Below are positions 60,585 through 64,000 of a stretch of 64,000 bases of DNA, piece by piece. The translations under genes and the position numbers were made by a program. The notes beneath the pieces were generated by a model, which had not been told where the DNA came from, did not search any database, and saw only the letters and a program-made list of their open reading frames with translations. This stretch comes from an uncultured virus (IMG/VR IMGVR_UViG_3300048597_000249) (taxonomy: Duplodnaviria; Heunggongvirae; Uroviricota; Caudoviricetes), in the IMG/VR virus record IMGVR_UViG_3300048597_000249; one strand, given 5' to 3'. Within the stretch, counting starts at the first letter, position 1. Each line of letters begins with the position of its first letter.

Positions 60585-61061
60585 ATGATTAAAACTATGT
60601 TCAAAAAATTAAGTTACGAAGATATTGAAACTCTTTCTCACAACGACCTAAAAAAAGAAAAAATAGAATGTCAAGTTGCTATTATCGAAACAAAAAATCG
60701 TATCGCTAATATTGACGAAGAAACAGACCTCAACGGCGTATATTTTGACAAATTATCCCGCAAGTTAAATCACCTGAAAAAACTTGCTCTTAAAATGGAT
60801 ATTCGTCTCGCCGAATTTAACGCAATGCGCAATGTGTCTAAACTAGACAACGACAACGTGCAGGAATATAATAATGTAGTGCGCCATTTAGAAATTGTAC
60901 AGTTGTTGAAACCAGATTCTAAATACGCTATGTTCCATCAAGTTTGCCATGACTTCCTCGATCAAGATACGTGTCAAATGTTAACCCATGAAACAATGCG
61001 TCGTTTGTCGATTCTGAAAGAAGAAGTTAAAGAAAAATATCCTAAACAAAAAGCAAGTTAA
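60585..61061 (+). CDS. Hypothetical coiled-coil protein
   Basis: 158-aa ORF. Confidence 0.6.
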   Translation: MIKTMFKKLSYEDIETLSHNDLKKEKIECQVAIIETKNRIANIDEETDLNGVYFDKLSRKLNHLKKLALKMDIRLAEFNAMRNVSKLDNDNVQEYNNVVRHLEIVQLLKPDSKYAMFHQVCHDFLDQDTCQMLTHETMRRLSILKEEVKEKYPKQKAS

Positions 61062-61066
61062 AAGTT

Positions 61067-61342
61067 ATGAACAATAGAATTTGGAAATACGTGTTGGAAA
61101 TTACAGATCAACAAACTTTATCGTTACCAGTTGGTGCAAAAATTTTAAGTGTTCATAACCAAAATAATAATATTTGTTTGTGGGTTATGGTAGATATGTT
61201 TAGTCAAGAATATGAGGATCGTATTATTGAAATGTTTGGAACAGGCCCAGGGTTTTATATCGACGAAAAAGAACGCACCTATATTGGCACAGTTGTTTTA
61301 GAAAAATATGTTTGGCACATATTTGAGTTAAACTTAAGATAA
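61067..61342 (+). CDS. DUF7352-like protein
   Basis: IWKY.L......LPVGAKILSV..Q....LW..V...GTG...YIGTV...VWHIFE. Confidence 0.7.
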   Translation: MNNRIWKYVLEITDQQTLSLPVGAKILSVHNQNNNICLWVMVDMFSQEYEDRIIEMFGTGPGFYIDEKERTYIGTVVLEKYVWHIFELNLR

Positions 61343-61646
61343 ATTTCGCCGAATAAATATGCCGCTAGATAAACAAGATAATGATTTTTTCAAACAAATT
61401 GAAAAAGAACTTTGGGATAAAAAATACGAAAAACTAAAACAATTACAAAATAAAATTACGACTACCATAGAAAAAATAGAATCATTACCGCTAGAAACTG
61501 AAAACGCATCCTATTTAAAAAAAGAAATTTTACCCCATCTCAAAAACGACTACTACAAAACCTATCTCGAATTACAAAAACACGAAAAACCCAAAAACAC
61601 CAATACATAAATACTCTAAAATGGAGAAGTATAAATCTTCTCCGTT

Positions 61647-62258
61647 ATGGTTATCAAATCTTTTTTCAAACTGACTTTAATTGTTTATGCTGTAGTAATT
61701 GGAGTTGGTTATACTGGTTTCACCAAAGCCGACCAAAATGAAATACGAGTCAAATATTGTAAAAACCCACAATGTACCGAAGTTAGTGATATTTTAACAA
61801 TTGATGAATTTGCAAAACTAAAACAACTACAACCAATTAAAGAAGAATCAAATTTTTACGACATGTTGGGATTGTATCTTACTGCGGCAATCCCAATCAT
61901 TGGTTTATTATGGTGGATAATAAATATACAACAAGATAAAAAAAATTTAGAACAAAATATTAAACAAGAATCTACTTTAGATAATAAATTAGAAAAAATA
62001 TTAAATAAACAAGAGTTAATTATTACAGATTTTGGCGATGAGATTGAAAAATTACATTTTAAATTTGAGCAAATATTACAACAACTAACAGCGTATCAAT
62101 TAGAAGCAGTTAAAACTGTTTATTCGCAAAATGGCAAAATTGAATTACTTATCGAAAATCTGGCGACAACAAAAGCTTTAATCGCCAAAGTAGAGGATAT
62201 TGAAAACTTTTTGGCAACTAATTATCAATATAATGTCCGTCATCAAAAAGCCGATTAG
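61647..62258 (+). CDS. Membrane-anchored coiled-coil protein
   Basis: N-terminal signal/TM, second TM (LGLYLTAAIPIIGLLWWII), coiled coil. Confidence 0.6.
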   Translation: MVIKSFFKLTLIVYAVVIGVGYTGFTKADQNEIRVKYCKNPQCTEVSDILTIDEFAKLKQLQPIKEESNFYDMLGLYLTAAIPIIGLLWWIINIQQDKKNLEQNIKQESTLDNKLEKILNKQELIITDFGDEIEKLHFKFEQILQQLTAYQLEAVKTVYSQNGKIELLIENLATTKALIAKVEDIENFLATNYQYNVRHQKAD

Positions 62259-62290
62259 AATATAAATATATATATTTTCAATCGCGATAA

Positions 62291-62764
62291 ATGAAACTTA
62301 TTACAGACGATTATATTATTCTTGATAAAAATCTTGTCAGTATTTACACAAACATTGAAACATTTATTGATGCCGTTGAAGAAGCTGTGCAAGCTGGATG
62401 TTTAAATTGTGACAGTAAACAACAAGCTGAATTAAATAATTATCTTTCACTCAAAGCTAGTAATAAAGAATCTGTATTTTTAGGATTCTTTTACACAATT
62501 CATCCTGTAGAATACGACCTCGAAATAGCTTGGACATTGTTAAAAAATAATGAAGATTATCGTACTTTTTTAGATGCACTAGCTGATAATTCAATATTTG
62601 ATATTAGTAGCGACGAGTGTTTCAACAAGGTATTTGGCGATAATATAGAGAATATTACAGTGTTTGATACGCCGTATACTCAAGAATTTGCACCAGACGA
62701 AGACGATGAATTTGACGTAGAATTAGATTTGACGGATTCTTTTTTGGATGACGAAGATGAATAA
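62291..62764 (+). CDS. Acidic hypothetical protein
   Basis: 157 aa, D/E-rich tail. Confidence 0.6.
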   Translation: MKLITDDYIILDKNLVSIYTNIETFIDAVEEAVQAGCLNCDSKQQAELNNYLSLKASNKESVFLGFFYTIHPVEYDLEIAWTLLKNNEDYRTFLDALADNSIFDISSDECFNKVFGDNIENITVFDTPYTQEFAPDEDDEFDVELDLTDSFLDDEDE

Positions 62765-63173
62765 CAAGTTTAATATAATTGCTTATACGTTTTTGATGTA
62801 CATAATTAAACGTCGTGATCCAGAAGGTTTAATCTATTTTACCGATACGTTAGTTGATTGCACTACTGACGAAGAATTCTGCAATACTATTACCTCTTTT
62901 TTCATCGCTAACGCCGAAAATATTACGCCGGATGATGTGGCATTTTTTGAAATTACCAGCAATGAATTTATAAATACGCAACAATTAAAAAGAAAAAAAA
63001 CTAAAAAAAAGAAAGAACAAAAAGAAGATGTGGATATGCGCAAAATTCAAAAAGCAGTGGCTTTGTTTGAAAAAAATGGATTAGAACTAGGTAAAGATTA
63101 TTCTTTTCGTAATGGTAAAATTCGCATGACAAAAGAAAGCCAAGAAAAAATAACCAAACTCCTTGGCAATTAG
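62748..63173 (+). CDS. Hypothetical protein
   Basis: 141-aa ORF, last + strand gene before the convergent gene. Confidence 0.55.
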   Translation: MTKMNNKFNIIAYTFLMYIIKRRDPEGLIYFTDTLVDCTTDEEFCNTITSFFIANAENITPDDVAFFEITSNEFINTQQLKRKKTKKKKEQKEDVDMRKIQKAVALFEKNGLELGKDYSFRNGKIRMTKESQEKITKLLGN

Positions 63174-63190
63174 TACAAAAGTATTCCTAC

Positions 63191-63787
63191 CTAGTTAACT
63201 CGATTTAAACCGAACGCCGTAGCAAAGGAATCGAAGTCAAGAGAAATAGTGCCCACAATACGGTTATTACCAGCAGAGTAAGAAACTTCGTCGTAACCAT
63301 TACCGTTGCTATCAGTAGCGTTAGCACCAGACATAATTGAAGCATAGATGTCCAAACGAATATTTGCGCTATTGGTACTCCCAACAGGAATAATGCGCAA
63401 AATAACAGCAGTAGCATCAACAGTTAACGAAGCTTCGCCAGTGGTGTTCTCTTTTGTGTCTAGCGCGTTTGTGCTGACAGTTAATGTGGTAGGAGTTGGT
63501 TTGGCGGTTACGTAGGTTCCAGACGCAAAATCAGTGGTGTCTTCGTCAGTAATAATTACAGAGCCAATTTTAACTTTAGCTAATTCAGGTGCTAAGCCGG
63601 TAATTGTAGGAGAACCAGTCGTAAAAGAGATGTCAGTTAAGTCAACGGGTGTATTGGAGAGATTGTCGTAACAAATAGGGATTTCAAAATTTGTAACATT
63701 TTCAACGAGGGGTTTCGCTATAATATCGGGAGAAAATGTCGTAGTTCCAACTAATTTAGGACGAGCAACGTTAACGGAAATAGCCAT
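63191..63787 (-). CDS. Probable virion structural protein (T/S/G-rich, beta-rich)
   Basis: From MAISVNVARPK; FTTGSPTITG...IG..I.......GTYV......LTVS.NA pattern typical of phage tail/fibre repeats. Confidence 0.5.
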   Translation of the reverse strand: MAISVNVARPKLVGTTTFSPDIIAKPLVENVTNFEIPICYDNLSNTPVDLTDISFTTGSPTITGLAPELAKVKIGSVIITDEDTTDFASGTYVTAKPTPTTLTVSTNALDTKENTTGEASLTVDATAVILRIIPVGSTNSANIRLDIYASIMSGANATDSNGNGYDEVSYSAGNNRIVGTISLDFDSFATAFGLNRVN

Positions 63788-64000
63788 AAATATAATTTCA
63801 CAATATTGTAATAGTTCTAGTTTATCATGAATGATTTGCGAAAAACGGTAGAAGAATACCAGCAAAAGTTAGAGCGAGTTATTAGTGTTACAAATACCCC
63901 AGTTGGTGTGTTAGTTATTGGTATAATCAATAATAAAGTTGTGAGCAAACAGTTTAAAAATTATTTTTAAAACAATGAACAAACAAGATTTTTATAATAT

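Noticed and set aside
362..63173. Alternative genetic code (stop-codon reassignment)
   Set aside because: Long conserved genes are intact under the standard code, and TAA, TAG and TGA all occur as genuine stops
506..63420. Numerous short antisense or nested ORFs in the track (e.g. 506-730, 1567-1863, 18203-18474, 29225-29761, 40528-40833, 58362-58664)
   Set aside because: They overlap well-supported genes on the opposite strand or frame and show no recognisable motifs; treated as shadow ORFs

Overview
The window is the early/middle arm of a large, AT-rich dsDNA bacteriophage whose host is very probably a cyanobacterium (NblA-like, ClpS-like and RlpA genes, cyanobacterial-type TnpB ends and tRNA-CAT). 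Almost all genes from 362 to 63173 are on the + strand, bracketed by minus-strand genes at both ends (a terminase-small-subunit-like N-terminus at 1-171 and a probable virion protein at 63191-63865). Order: many small early ORFs with repeated structured leaders, an SF2-like helicase, two TnpB elements, Thg1, a complete Ubl-E2-JAB-E1 operon (16561-19797), recombination/replication genes (ERF, SSB, exonuclease, primase, helicase, PolB), HU, RlpA, DNA methyltransferase, GIY-YIG and LAGLIDADG endonucleases, dUTPase, tRNA, ThyX, RuvC, class II RNR with a PduO-like adenosyltransferase. The best candidate for an undescribed system is the phage-encoded ubiquitin-like conjugation operon, which occurs together with two proteolysis adaptors (ClpS and an apparently tandem-fused NblA). 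Next are several structured RNAs, including a promoter-driven 182-nt tRNA-like RNA. All calls come from motif recognition by eye; no database searches or folding programs were run.
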